This document shows, one piece after another, positions 26,249-39,065 of a DNA stretch of 64,000 bases. Below the pieces are notes generated by a model. It ran no database searches, was not told the DNA's origin, and was given only the letters and a program-made list of their open reading frames with translations. The stretch spans positions 38,938,001 through 39,002,000 of the forward strand of contig NC_087245.1 of NCBI RefSeq assembly GCF_037042905.1, written 5' to 3'. Made by a program: the position numbers and the translations under genes. Within the stretch, counting starts at the first letter, position 1; the number at the start of each line of letters is the position of its first letter. Source of the DNA: Lytechinus pictus. Lineage: Eukaryota.

Positions 26249-26369
26249 CTGCAACATTCAAGAAAAATATAACGATACCATCAGTAACATCCACCTCAAA
26301 TTTTGAAATTTCTACAACATCCGATAGGTGGGGGGCGCCGACTACAGGTCCCAACAGCAAGCATAATAA

Positions 26370-26663
26370 CTCAAGCCAGCTTTTCTCATCCACTCAAGCC
26401 TCTCTCACCTTTCCAGCTCAACCAGCCTTCTACTCAAGCCTCTCACCCTGCCTACTACTTAAGCTTTTCCACTCGTGGTAAACAGTCCTTTTAAGGACTA
26501 CACTCATTTGTAAAATATACTCTACTTCCTAACCTCCACTTTCTCACCTCTCCATTTCACTTCTATCTCTATCCACTCTTCTTAGTCCGGGACTCTACAC
26601 ACGGTGTACCGTAAACCACTATCGCCACTCTTCCAACCACCATGCAAACCTCCAAACACCATC
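26370..26663 (+). mobile_element. 5'-truncated Penelope-like terminal fragment (family 1)
   Basis: Shares acagtccttt..aggactac, aacctccactttctc, ggtgtaccgtaaaccac and accaccatgcaaacct blocks with 59560-59804 and ends at the same tail. Confidence 0.75.
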
Positions 26664-27401
26664 CAACTACAAGTAACTTTGTCTGTAAAAGTAAAATTTA
26701 CTGGAAATTTGTGGCGACTGGTAAAAATCACACATTTTTCATGATCCAATCCCCCAAAATTTGCATCAGATCACATATCGTGCGCAAGAGAAGCTTGAAA
26801 AGACATGAATGTACATGAATTTTCTTCTTTCTTGTTTTTTTTTCATTCTTACTCTTCCAATAAGCCAGGCCGTAGTTCCATTCTGCGCATGATCAGAGAA
26901 AGGTCATTTGTACTAAAGTGGCATGGTGGTTTAAACTTTAATGAGATAAGCACCAACTTTGGTGTCTTGATTATTCATATATTCTTTTCAATTGTGTTTT
27001 TCATTTGCATCCACAAAGAACAAAAATGTGTCCACGACTGGTATTTCACTGCAGTTTGCCAAGTACATTGTACAACGTGCTATAACATGCATTCAAAGTA
27101 GAAATGCAACAAATACCTTCATGGAGTCTTCAATGGTGTGCTATTTTAGTCACCTGGTATAATTCAATTTCTTCATCCTGCTATGTAAGGCATGCATATG
27201 TTATATCCTGCTTTGAAATCTGCCTATCATAATGAAATAAATGAAAGGTCATTTGATCAAAATTGTCCCTGATGTAACTACGAACTGGTCTATACCTTTT
27301 AGTACATAGGTACATGCAAGATGTGCTATGTGTGATGTGCTACAAAAGAACCAAGTATTATTATCATTATTATGGGGATAAAGATAAGCACTACAACATA
27401 C

Positions 27402-27512
27402 CTTCAGTGGCTAGCTTGACCACTTCTGAATGGCGGACTTGTCTCACATCTTGACCGTTGATTTTCAGGACCATGTCTCCCATCTTCAACCCTGCTTTCT
27501 CCGCTGGACCCC
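27402..27512 (-). CDS. PDZ-PH-PH gene exon (PDZ core)
   Basis: GGPAEKAGLKMGDMVLKINGQDVRQVRHSEVVKLATE, a typical PDZ signature; phase 1-1. Confidence 0.93.
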
Positions 27513-27634
27513 CTGAAAGACATGGAAAATATTCATTTAGTGTTTGATCATCAAGCATTTGGAGAGCATTTCATGAAACAAGTATACAGAGAGCGATTTT
27601 TCCCTGACAGCCGTTATAAGCTCCTGAAATCCTT

Positions 27635-27845
27635 GGATGTGTCGTGGTCTAGTGGTTATGACTCTCGTCTTTCAATCAGAGGGACGTGGGTTCGAGTCCA
27701 AGGCATGTCATGTTTTCCTTCAGCAAAAAAATGTACCCACATTGTGCTGCACTTAACCCCGTTTAGGTGAATGGGTACCTGGTAGGAAGAAATTCCTCAA
27801 AAGCTTGACACCTTGGCAGCCCAGCTAAAGCCTGGGCAATAATAG
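27635..27845 (+). mobile_element. tRNA-derived SINE
   Basis: A-box TGGTCTAGTGG, B-box GGTTCGAGTCC; body related to the 20371 SINE (GGGTACC.GGTAG..AGAAATTCCT). Confidence 0.8.
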
Positions 27846-28495
27846 AAATAAAATGGCCTGCTGGGAGAACAGTTTTTGGAACTGCAGTAAGGGTCAAGTA
27901 GTTTCCGCCGACTTATTTCTTATGAGCCAATCGGATGCAAGGATTTCAGTAGCTTATAACAAGTGGGTCAGTGAAAATCGCCCACTGTTTGTTCCATGAA
28001 ATGTACGTGACAAAATAAATCTCACTTTCTCAGTGAGTGGTGTCAAGAAGTGTTATTCTTGGGCACCAAAGTCGATTTGAGATTTAAAGAAATAGCTGAA
28101 AGACAAGATTGATTTGTGACTGCGCACAGTAAAAAATTACGCCTCCACTGTGGCCAGATGTCAAATAAACTACAATTTATTTCTATACTTCTAGATTTTC
28201 TAATATTTATGGCATATATAATACCTAATCAGATCATCACTCCAATATATACAAATGAATCAAGAGTGAAGTTAATCTCAAATAGTGATTGTAAAGGTAA
28301 ACGAATGACCTCTGATTTGTTACCTTTGAACTGAAAATCCCCCAAAGACTGTCAACACTTTGATGCATTACAAGAGTCAAGTCTGAAGCTGATTCATCAA
28401 ATGATTCTTTAATTATAACAAGAACGAGCCATGATTTTCAGGTATATAATGACCTACGTGACCTTTGACCTTCAAAAAGTAAGAAGTACCTTTAC

Positions 28496-28591
28496 CTGGG
28501 TCTAAGTTTGTTATAACCACTGGTTTGCTCTTCTGTATCCTCAGGCCGTAGGTCCCATCCTGTCTGTGAAGATGTATAGTTCGCTCTCGAC
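28496..28591 (-). CDS. PDZ-PH-PH gene exon (PDZ N-half)
   Basis: RERTIHLHRQDGTYGLRIQKSKPVVITNLDP with a GLGF-loop equivalent TYGL; phase 1-1. Confidence 0.92.
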
Positions 28592-29419
28592 CTATAGGAA
28601 CAGAAAAAATAAAGGATGGCAACATCAGTTCGTCTTGTAACTTTCAAACCATGTTTTAGTTTGTATATTCGGCCAGAAATTGATAAATGATAAGCGTTCA
28701 TTGCAAGTTTCCCAATCTGTACCGGCCACAAAGAAACGTTGTTAGCGCTTACAATCGCTGATAGATGCCCTATTGCAACCGGTAATGTCGCAGTGATGTC
28801 ACAACAATGTATTATTTACATCTTGGATCAACGTTTCACACCACAATCGATGAACGATGTGACTGGACATACTATTAGTGCTCTGTTAGGCTAACAGCAT
28901 TTCTGTGCAGCTGATACAGGACTCCATAACACAAAGCTTTAGAGACTGATTATAGAACAAATTTTTTACAATTGATTACATTGAACACAATATACACTCA
29001 TCGTTTAAATCAGTCTTAGTATCAGTAGCTAAGTTTTGTAGTATACGACACGAAAAATGTCCTTAAAAATGGAAAGTTGCACTGCTTAATCTGTCACTTT
29101 GCGGCAACATTACCAATTAGAAAATCGACTTAAAAAGAAAATAAAAAAAATTAAAACTTTCATTTATTTCTCATTTCATCACCAATTTTAATGGAAATGG
29201 GGTTACTTTATCCATGTTCTTGAATACATTCATATAAAAAGATCAATGAAACAAATTTACAAACAACATTAAAAGCAAGAAAGCCAGGGTAATAATATCT
29301 AAGTCCTTTGGAAGCGCATATGGACATTGTGTCATAATGTGATATGCACTATACAAGAACAGTGTTATTATTATCAATGTGAGCAATGTGAGGAAGGTTG
29401 AATAATCAAAAGGACTCAC

Positions 29420-29581
29420 TTATTCTTGACAACCGGACAAAGTCTTCGGAACCCTTCTTTCTCTGGATCCGATGAGGGCGCTCACCAAAGCTGGACTTAT
29501 ACTCCTGCTCCGAGGCTGTAGTAGCCAGGGATGACTGCGAAAGACGGCTGACAGTGTCTTTGGCTTCAGCTGCCTCATCAT
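29420..29581 (-). CDS. PDZ-PH-PH gene exon
   Basis: 162 nt, open frame DDEAAEAKDTVSRLSQSSLATTASEQEYKSSFGERPHRIQRKKGSEDFVRLSRI; donor GTGAGT; phase 1-1. Confidence 0.88.
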   Translation of the reverse strand: MMRQLKPKTLSAVFRSHPWLLQPRSRSISPALVSALIGSRERRVPKTLSGCQE

Positions 29582-30150
29582 CTAAATTTAATCGATTGGT
29601 AAAAATCTAATTTTCACTGATGAAATAATATTAGAAACTTATGATTACGAAAAAAAGAGTACAGGGGTGACTACATCCCATTCTAATGAATAAAAGGTGT
29701 ATTATCTAGCATGGATCAGATTAGAAGTGACAATTAACATTTCATTGAATTAGGACAATAATACCAACTGTGAAGTCAAATTGTGGGGATCTTTTCATAA
29801 AACAAATTGTAAGTTAATTCATTGATAAATGTTATAAGCTCCTAAAATCCTTCCATCTGATTAGCTCAAAGTAAATTAGTCATTGAAAACCTCAGGCTAT
29901 TTGCTTCATGAAACATTCCTCTGATTTGTAATGTGATAATTGAGATTGCAATTGATGAATAATCATGAATCAAGAAAATATTTGGATGTCATATTAATGT
30001 TTCAAGATATCATCACAATTCCAGACCAACAATGACGAAATACTCTATCAATTTTTTTAAGTTTTCCTCAATCTAATGATCCACTGAGCCACAGAATTGT
30101 ATAGAGAAGGTTTGTATAACTTAAAGGCAAGCGATGAAAATGTGACGTAC

Positions 30151-32190
30151 CATTTTCTGGATCAGGTTGCGTGATCATTCTGATCTCCTTCTCAGTCTCT
30201 CTATATTTCCAGTCTTTCTTTTTGTAGCTCTCATCATAAATGTCGATCTTGTCATACATATTCCTAGTGTCGTCATCATCATCATCTTCGTCCTCCTCAT
30301 CACAGTCATCCTGACTTGAATCGAGGCTTGTGTTTTCTTGGGCGCTGGGTTGACATGGGACCAAGGATGAAGAGCTGCTTGTTGTCGAGGAATCCCCCTC
30401 TACACGGGTGAATTCTGGAACCAGAGGTTCTGGCATAGTTGTGACGGCAACGGTCACTGCGGCCACTTCAGACCAGGGCTTGTTGAGAGCGTGTTCTGAA
30501 GGCTGTGACAGGAACTCTGCACTGTCACTTAGAGGTTCTGACTCGGTGATACTAATGGTGATAGACTGATTCTCACTAAGTGTGGTGAGGGTGTCTGTGG
30601 GTCCTGACATAAGGGTTGAACTGTCAGCAAGGACATCTGCTGAGGGACTTTCTTTCTTTTGTGCTGCATCTCCCACTGGCTCGATGGTAGCAAAGTGACG
30701 GAACTGTTGGTCATTGTTCACTTGTTGCAAGGTCCTCATCTCTTGAGAACCGTCTGCTGAGGAGGTTAGGGAGGCCTGATCTGCAAAAGCCGTTTGTGTA
30801 CACATGGAGGTTGACGGCATGCCACCTATGAACACTTCCTCCTCTCCATCAGAATCAACACGAGTCACAACAGCTCCCGCTCCTACACCATTGACCATCT
30901 GATCCTCTCTGAATGAATCACTGGTTGCATCAATGGCAGCTTCTTCATCATCATTGATGATAGAAGTGTTCTGATCGTCGTCACTTTGCGAGGGCGGACT
31001 CCCGACCCGATGACTTAGACTGATCTTTGGTCGAGATGGTACAGGCAAAGACACTCTTGGAGAGGGCATAGGTCTTACTGTATCTTCACCTTCTAAAGGG
31101 CCGGTGGAGACATCTGAAGTAGTAGATGCTCTCCCAACTTCAAGTTCTTCAGGTGTCGCCCCAGGGCGCATCCTTGGGGGCTTGGATGGTCTGTCTTCAT
31201 CAGAACTGGCATCTAGCTCCTCTTTACAAGCTGCAGCCGATTCATCATGAACATCTTCAATCACATTGTTTTCTTTAGTCACTTCTTTCTTACCCTTCTT
31301 TTGATCCTTTTTAGGTTTTTTCTTGGGGTCTTTGCTTTTAGAATTGTCAGGAACACTCTTCTCCTGTCCGGCGCCTTCATACTGCTCATGGAATTCTCCT
31401 GAGGAATACTTCAGCACTCCAGGCTTCTTCTTCCTTGATAGTGAAAATACCCGCTTACCCATCTCATCAAATTCTTCCTCGCTATCTTCTCCTCCCGTAG
31501 ACAGTTCTTGTCCAAGTGCCCCTTCGACTTCTTCTCTTTCTTGATGTGTCTGATTTTCTTGCGTTTTCACTTCCTCACTTTCCTCAATTTCAGAAATACC
31601 TTCTGGTTCCCTGACTTCTGATTCTTCAGGGTAGGACACAGGTATATCCTGAGCGGTTAATCCAACATGTTCAACATCTACATGCACTTTCAATGGATCC
31701 TCAGTATTTTCTTTGGTGTCTTTGTCCTTTTCACTGGATACAGGGTCTTCAACCTGACCTACTACAACAACAGACTTTGATGCAGACTGTTCCTCATCAC
31801 ATTCTTGAGAAATGTTATTCCCCCTGTCAGAAACAATCTGGTCACTATGATTTGCTTCCGTTTCATTCTCAATCTCACTTTTGTCTTGGACACCAGCTTT
31901 TAGTGACACAAGGACAATGTCATTATCATTCTCTGCAATGTGTCCTTCCTGTTCTTGCAGATCTGCAAAAACACTGAAGCGGTTGTTCTGTTCTTTCAAA
32001 TGATCTTCATCTTCAGGTCCATTGCTCTCTTCATGGACCCTTGTTTCTTCTGCTTCTTCGTCTTCCTCCGGGATGTCCGGCTGGATTTCAAAGACACCGC
32101 ATTCGTCCTCACTGTCTGAACCAAGACGGCTACTTCCCTGGCTGCGGACGGAGTTGGAAGATCTGTGGCTCTTGAAGGAACTGCCAGTGT
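30151..32190 (-). CDS. PDZ-PH-PH gene, 2040-nt exon encoding an acidic disordered region
   Basis: Lies within ORF 30068-32233; acceptor tttaccatag, donor G|GTACGT; phase 1-1. Confidence 0.9.
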
Positions 32191-32650
32191 CTATGGTAAA
32201 TGAAACAAGAAACATACCACCAGTAAAAAACATTCATTCTTAATCCATGTACATGAATTTACAAGAACAGGGAGTTGTTTGTTATTGCAGAAAAGAAGCT
32301 GTTCTACATTAATTTAGGTATATTCTACCAAACAACCATTAGGAGTAACCTACATGTAGTCCTGCTGTTTTGGTTCTTTTGAATAATTACTGATTGCAAT
32401 ACGTCTTATAGATGAATCTTTGGTTTTAAATGTTTGAAACATATTCACAGACAAATCTGCAGTCCGTGATTGGCATTGTTTATTGGTGAAAAATACTCAG
32501 GTGACCAAGAGTTTCATGCACTAAAAACTTACATGACATTACTTTTAAACATCTTAATCTTCTCTTCTGTAAGTGATTGAATTTCAAAACACATTTCATA
32601 CATGTACAGGGAAACACTAACTTGTAGAACCAGAAGATTATAATACTTAC

Positions 32651-33730
32651 TTAATAAATCATATGAGTCTATAGATGATGCTTCAGAATTTACACTTGAC
32701 AGAGATTTTCTAGGGGCAGGAACAGGAGGCTTTGGCAATTCTATAGGTTCATTCTTCCCTGAGGAAGCACCACTTTCCACAAATGCATCATCATCATCAT
32801 CATGCCGAGATGCAGGATCTGTTGAACTACTTTCCTGATCTATCTCGGACGCAGGAACAGAGTTGGCAGTGATTTCCAATGAGGCACTCAAATTACAAGT
32901 GCTGGGTTGGGCTATAGGAATATCAGCAGTCTCTAAGCTACTATCTGCAGAAGAACTGTCATTGCTAATACCATCGTTGCTATGAGGTGATGGAAATTGC
33001 GAAGAGTCTTCGAAAATATCAGAGACATTAATGGGTAAATTGGAAGGGTCTGCCGCAGTACTGTCAATAGAATTACTCTGTGAATTCTCACAATGCTGTG
33101 GTTCCTCTGTAACACAGTTTTGTAAACTATCAGCGTTTGAGTTTCTTAATTCGTCACTAGAGGATTGAATACTTTGGTCAGCATCAGCTGGGATGTCTTT
33201 TCTTTCTTCAACAGGAATAGATATATTGTCTATATTTTTCTCTGGTACATTCTCTGATTCCGCTTTCTCAGTCTTATCTTTTGGTGGAATCCCTGAGGCA
33301 GCTTCACTGACAGGGTCCTCAGAGGTTGTAGTAGTACTGTTTCTCTCTGATATCGCTTCACTTGCTTTGGCACTTTCTTCCAGTTCCAAAGACTGTTGTG
33401 GTGAGGCAATCCAAGTTTTGCTCTTGACTAGAGGCTTCGGTTTGGGCTTGGATGCTACAGGAGGCGGAATTCCACCATTGGTCACCACAGGAGTTGTTCC
33501 AGGAGAAGTTCCAGGATCGGGCCTTGTTGATATCGCAGCAGAAGGCTTGGGGGAAGTGACTGGAGGCTGGCTAGGTTTGGGCTTTTGGGCGACTGGTGGT
33601 GGTGGCTTAGGACTTGTGGTTGGTTTGACCGTTGGGACAAGTATAGCATCGCTCGTTGATCGTCTTGGCAGTTTTGGCTTAGCAAGGGGCTTGGGAGCAG
33701 TCTTTGGAGGAGGGGTAACAACTCCTGCAC
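32651..33730 (-). CDS. PDZ-PH-PH gene, 1080-nt Pro-rich/Ser-acidic exon
   Basis: Acceptor tttttttcag; open frame AGVVTPPPKTAPKP...SIDSYDLL; donor A|GTAAGT; phase 1-1. Confidence 0.9.
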
Positions 33731-34802
33731 CTGAAAAAAATAAGGAACAAGGAAAATAAAGAGGTTTGAGCTTTGTGATTATTTACATTCAGATAAAAAA
33801 ATAATAGAAAGTTCAATTTCATTTTACATATCACATTTGCAGGATAGTCCATAAGAAGCATTTCACATTGCATCTTGCCAAAAACTATCAGATACATTCT
33901 GATAGTCCATAGGTAAAAAACAAGGACTTAATTTTCAGCACTCTCACACAAAACCTTCGCTGAATTCCTTATAAGAAAGCAAAAGTGACCAACTCAAATT
34001 GTGATGTGTTAAATCTTAATAATCTTAAATCTTAATCAATTAAACCAATACAAATTTCACAATTATTTCATGATTCCTGGTCAGTCTATCAATGATCTGA
34101 ATTTCAAAGTAATGTCATATAGGCTGAGTTTATGCAACCTCATAAGCTACATGTAGAATCACAATTCAAAACGCAAACATAAATCACTCTAACTGAATCA
34201 GAGATCAAGTGACCCTCTCTCCAATGCCGCTTCTCCCTCACTTCAGGCCTATCCAGAGCGCAGTTTGACCCAGGAATTTTAGGTCAACTTCAAAACTGTT
34301 GTTAAAATTTAAAAGATACACAAAATTTATTTTCAATACAAGTGTACGGCTACTGTGTGAAGCAAAAAGGAAGAATACTAGTCTGCAGGCACAGACCCTG
34401 ATTGAAACTTTGATCAACAAGTGTGCCTCCACGCAAAGACTCGCACATACAAAACTTGCCGTTTCAATTCCTTCAAAGCAAGAGGGCCTTCAGTACACAA
34501 GGCATGAGTACATGTAGGCTGCAATTCAGACCCTTTACTCTGCACAGCAGACTAAAAGAATACCACGGCAGCACATAGTTATGGCATGAATAGATGGAAG
34601 TAGGCCAACACAATGACGTCATATTTTTAATCGACCTTTTCTGAATGTGATTCTGAAGAAACGTCTCTCTAAACACCCCTTTTCCTTGATTCATGTTTGT
34701 GATTCAAAACATTTTTTAATTTTGTCCAAATGCAGAAACATTTACCTGTTTCCAATCATGATTCTAGGGCAAAAAGTGGTGCAAAGACGTACCCCAAATT
34801 TC

Positions 34803-35209
34803 TCAAAGGGGAAGTTCGCTTTAAAGAAAAGTTTCTTGTAAGAATACAAGAAAAATCAATAAAAAATATTGGAGGTTTGAGGAATATGCATCAAAGATAA
34901 AGAAAAATATTAGAATTTAAGGTTTTACACAAATTTGTGACATCTTTCAGGAGCGGGTGTGAACACTTTTTTGTTCATAACACTACAAGGTACAAGAAAA
35001 ACACATTTTCAATTTCTTTAAAGCATAACATTTCATTGATTTTTTTATTACACAATATATTAAGAAGCTACTCATATATGACATCACAAAAAAATAATAA
35101 GTTCTACTAACTTTTTAATCTTTGATGGATTTTCCTCATTTTTATTACTTTTTTTCTGCTACATGTATTTTTACAACAAACTTTTTGTTCGGGTGAACTT
35201 CCCCTTTAA
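34803..35209. mobile_element. Kolobok-like MITE
   Basis: AGGGGAAGTTC...GAACTTCCCCT-TTAA; related copies at about 40970-41580 and 54476-54965. Confidence 0.7.
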
Positions 35210-36199
35210 AGTCTCAATGCTACAGCTTTCTATGACCTATGCAAGCACAAAAGCCTACATGTACATGATGTAGGCCTATATTGTAAAGCTACATGTAGTC
35301 CCTCATTATTATTGTCAATGTCAGTAGTATATAGTTCTTTATCAAACAATAACACGCTGGACTTATCAAAACAAGGTTACACTTAGAATCAAGACAACAG
35401 TTCACATCATTTCTTAAAGGTCACATAAACCAAAGGTGTTAATTAAAGGGAATTTTCACCCAAACAGAGAACATTATTTGTCTAGAAGTAGACCATTGTT
35501 TAATTACAAAAATTCAAATACAATGTTTTAGGTCCTGAACCATAGCAAGTAGCTTGAATTTAGTACATTTTTCTCAAATCCATACTTGATCATTTGACCT
35601 AATTGCATAGTTATAAAAATCAAATACTACATACTAGTATTACTGGATAATCACTGATCCAAATCTCAGACATATATATATAACAGGATATAATCCCTTT
35701 AAAGAATATTTTTATCACATCAACGCACTAAATACATGTACAAGTACTACAGGTGCACACAGTACTTGAACTAGGATATGAATTAAGAACTGGTATCAAA
35801 GCTATTATATTAGATTGAACAAGCTATGCCAGGAATTCAGCAAAGCAACACAGTGGCCTCACCCAAACAAATCCTAAATGAAACCGAACGGAAAATAAAT
35901 GAGTTGACTTCCTTCATTCTTGATATACAGGGGAAGTACAATATAATCTAAAAAAAATATGCTGTTGGATTTAGAAACACATTTAATGATTTTCATGATT
36001 TACAGACCAAAACTTCCTCCCATTCATGAGTAAACATTGAATCATTGACATTTATTGATCACTTGCAAACATGATATTCAATGTTAAAGCCATTCGGGGA
36101 AGAAATAAAGATGTATGTATAACCATTTTATAAGTTCTTCAACAGATATCAATATCCTTATTAGCTAGAAGGGTGTGGTTATGCTTCTTCTGCAACTAA

Positions 36200-36567
36200 T
36201 ACCCATCCTCCAATTAGCCGCCTAAGAGTAATGCAGATAATTCAATAAAAATTGCGTTCACAAACTCCGAAAATAATCCGCACTATTTTTACGAGCGCCC
36301 GTCCTGAAAAAGGCGGATAATCGTCATGACAACTGCACACGCCCCCTCCGATGCGGTTGTGTTGGAAAAGGGTGACCTTGTGACCGCACAATGGCAATTA
36401 TCCGCATTATTTGGAAATGCGTTCATAAAGTCAAAATCTGGTCCCGATGCCGCTATTATGCGGATAATTGCAGCATCAAAATAATGCGGATAACTCTGGT
36501 CCTCCTCCGATTTTACGACCAAATTTATGCTGCTATTAGCCGCATAATTGGGTTTATGAAAGGGGTA
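36200..36567. mobile_element. Harbinger-like MITE
   Basis: taatacccatcc / gaaaggggtatta inverted ends; internal gcggataat / attatccgc motifs. Confidence 0.55.
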
Positions 36568-37419
36568 TTAGGCAAAATGAGCATTCTGAAAAGAACATCA
36601 TAAATACACTTCTACACACTATTTATGAATATTCTACATAAAACTGGAATCACAAATCACACTTATGCTAGCGACATTTGAACATGTTGAGAATAGAATT
36701 GAAGAACTTTGCACTTATTGTTCCCCAGAAACACCATGATATTACTATAAGAAGTTATTCCATGAGAAAAAGGTTTGTGAAAATAAAACAAAATTTCATG
36801 TGTGGAAAAAAAAACTGATGAGTCATGTCATGTAACTGTAAATTCTAAATGACATGCTGATTTTTTTTTCAATTTCAATCTTTATAACAAAATTACATTT
36901 TATAGAATATATCACAAGGGGATTTGGCAAGCATGATTTCATAGAATCAAAATTTAAAAATATATATATACATTTAACTATTTTTCAGAATTTTTTGGAT
37001 TTTAGGCTAAACCTTCACCAATTCCAGGATTACAAGCATGACGTCAGGATAAACATCCCCTAAATAACAGGATTTTTTTCCTCAAAAAGCAACCCATTAA
37101 AGTGGCACAACTTATCCTGCAAACCTTTAGAAATGACATAGCGGTATACCTCCCCTTTTCAATTATTCTCGATTACCAAGTATCTTATTTGAATAGTGCA
37201 TCTAGTAGACAATCATATTTCAGTGAGCACTATGAGATCATCATACATGATGATTGATGTAAGCAGGAACTGTTCAAAGTTCACTCTAAAACTGGATTTG
37301 TAAATATGCTCTGAAAGGGTATGGCTTGCAGAGCAGAGTAAACTTTGTTGCATGGATTGCTAACTTTGTAATCATGGCAATAGTGAATCAACATTTCACA
37401 TGAAATTTATTAAAATGCA

Positions 37420-38332
37420 AATGATAGTAGTGATGATAATGATAATGGTAGTTGTAATGAAGATTATGGTACTGATGGTAGTGGTGGTGAGGTTGGTGGT
37501 AATGGTGGTGGTGGTGGAGGAGGGAGATCTAGCTGTGGTGGTGGGGGTTGAGGTGAGGTTGGTGGTGGTGAGGTTGGTTGTGATGGTGGGGTGGGGGTGG
37601 TGGTGGTATTGGTGAGGTTGGTTGTGATGGTGGTATTGGTGAGGTTGGTTGTGATGGTGGTGGTGGTGATGGCGGTGGGGTGGGGGTGGTGGTGGTATTG
37701 GTGAGGTTGGTTGTGATGGTGGTGGTGGTTGGGTGGGGGTAGTGGTGGTATTGGTGAGGTTGGTTGTGATTGTGGTGGTGTGGTGGGGGTGGTGGTGGTA
37801 TTGGTAAGGTTGGTGGTGGTGGGGTGGGGGTGGTGGTGGTATTGGTGACGTTGGTGGGGGTGGTGGTGGTATTGGTAAGGTTGGTGGCGGTGGTGGTGGT
37901 TGGGTGGGGGTGGTATTGGTGAGGATGGTTGTGATGGTTGTGGTGGTGGGGTGGGGGTGGTATTGGTGAGGTTGGTTGTGATGGTGGTGGTGGTGGTGGG
38001 GTGGGGGTGGTATTGGTAAGGTTGGTGGCGGTGGTTGGGTGGGTGTGGTGGTGGTATTGGTGAGGTAGGTTGTGATGGTGGTGGTGGTATTGGTAAGGTT
38101 GGTGGTGGTGGGGTTGGGGTGGTGAGGTGGGTTGTGATGGTGGTGGTTGTGGGGTGAAGGTGGTGGTTGGTAATGGTGAGGATGGTGGTAATGGTGGTGG
38201 TGGCGGGGTTGGTGATGATGATGGTGGTGGTGGGGTGGAGGTGGTGGACTGGTGGTGGTGGAGGTATTTCTATTGGTGATAATGATGATACCACCACCAC
38301 CACCACCACCACCACTACCACTACCACTACCA

Positions 38333-38404
<72 letters not shown>

Positions 38405-38446
38405 GTCTACTACTACTACTAGTCTACTACTACATGTACTACTACT
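37420..38446. repeat. G-rich (GGT)n-derived minisatellite abutting inverted (ACC)n/(ACT)n runs
   Basis: Recurrent unit ggtattggtgaggttggttgtgatggtggtggtggggtgggggt; strand polarity flips at about 38285. Confidence 0.95.
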
Positions 38447-39065
38447 AAACTTTTTTCCTTTGATAAGAGTTGTCAGATTAGACATGTATAATGAATGCCC
38501 ATCTAGCTTGAAGCAAAAAAAAGTATATTTACGGTACTTGCGTCAGTATCAACTTGTTTTGATTGAATTTCAACCAGGGTCTTTAACTGCAGACTAGGTG
38601 AACCATCTATCTTCACATTATATTTCTAAGGACACCACAATTCTAACTTTATATTGACCTATCAGGTCAAGTCAAAGGTCAAAGGTTCATCCCAATCATT
38701 CCAATCCCACTCAGGTGATCATCTATCTACCTGATGATATGTGGGCAGCACAGGACCTTGTACCACTCTACCACTCTTACCATCAATTATCAAATTTGTT
38801 GGATCATTGACCTGATGATTTTATTTGATTTGTTTTATTCATATTATTAAAAAATAATAATTTTTTGAATAAAACACAAAAATAATATATTGATTAATGT
38901 TTTTGGCATGAATCACATGATATAGCCTACATGTATTTGTAAAGTGTACAAAAATATGTTTTTTTACCATTTTAAATAATACTCCATAATTTTGAGTGGC
39001 TGTTAGTTTCATCAAGAATATTGACCTTACATGTATATACAGCCTACTACACTTCATGTAACTGG

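Larger units (their letters stand above)
21960..33730 (-). other. Multi-exon gene: Pro-rich/acidic region + PDZ + two PH domains (PDZPH1-like adaptor); start codon not resolved
   Basis: Ten GT-AG exons with matching phases join into one open frame of 4280 nt ending in TGA at 21960-21962. Confidence 0.9.

Noticed and set aside
33193..33759. 188-aa plus-strand ORF
   Set aside because: Antisense shadow of the Pro-rich coding exon.
37464..38448. 291-aa Pro/Thr/His-rich mucin-like ORF
   Set aside because: Arises from the GGT minisatellite; non-ATG start inside a triplet run and no convincing splice sites.
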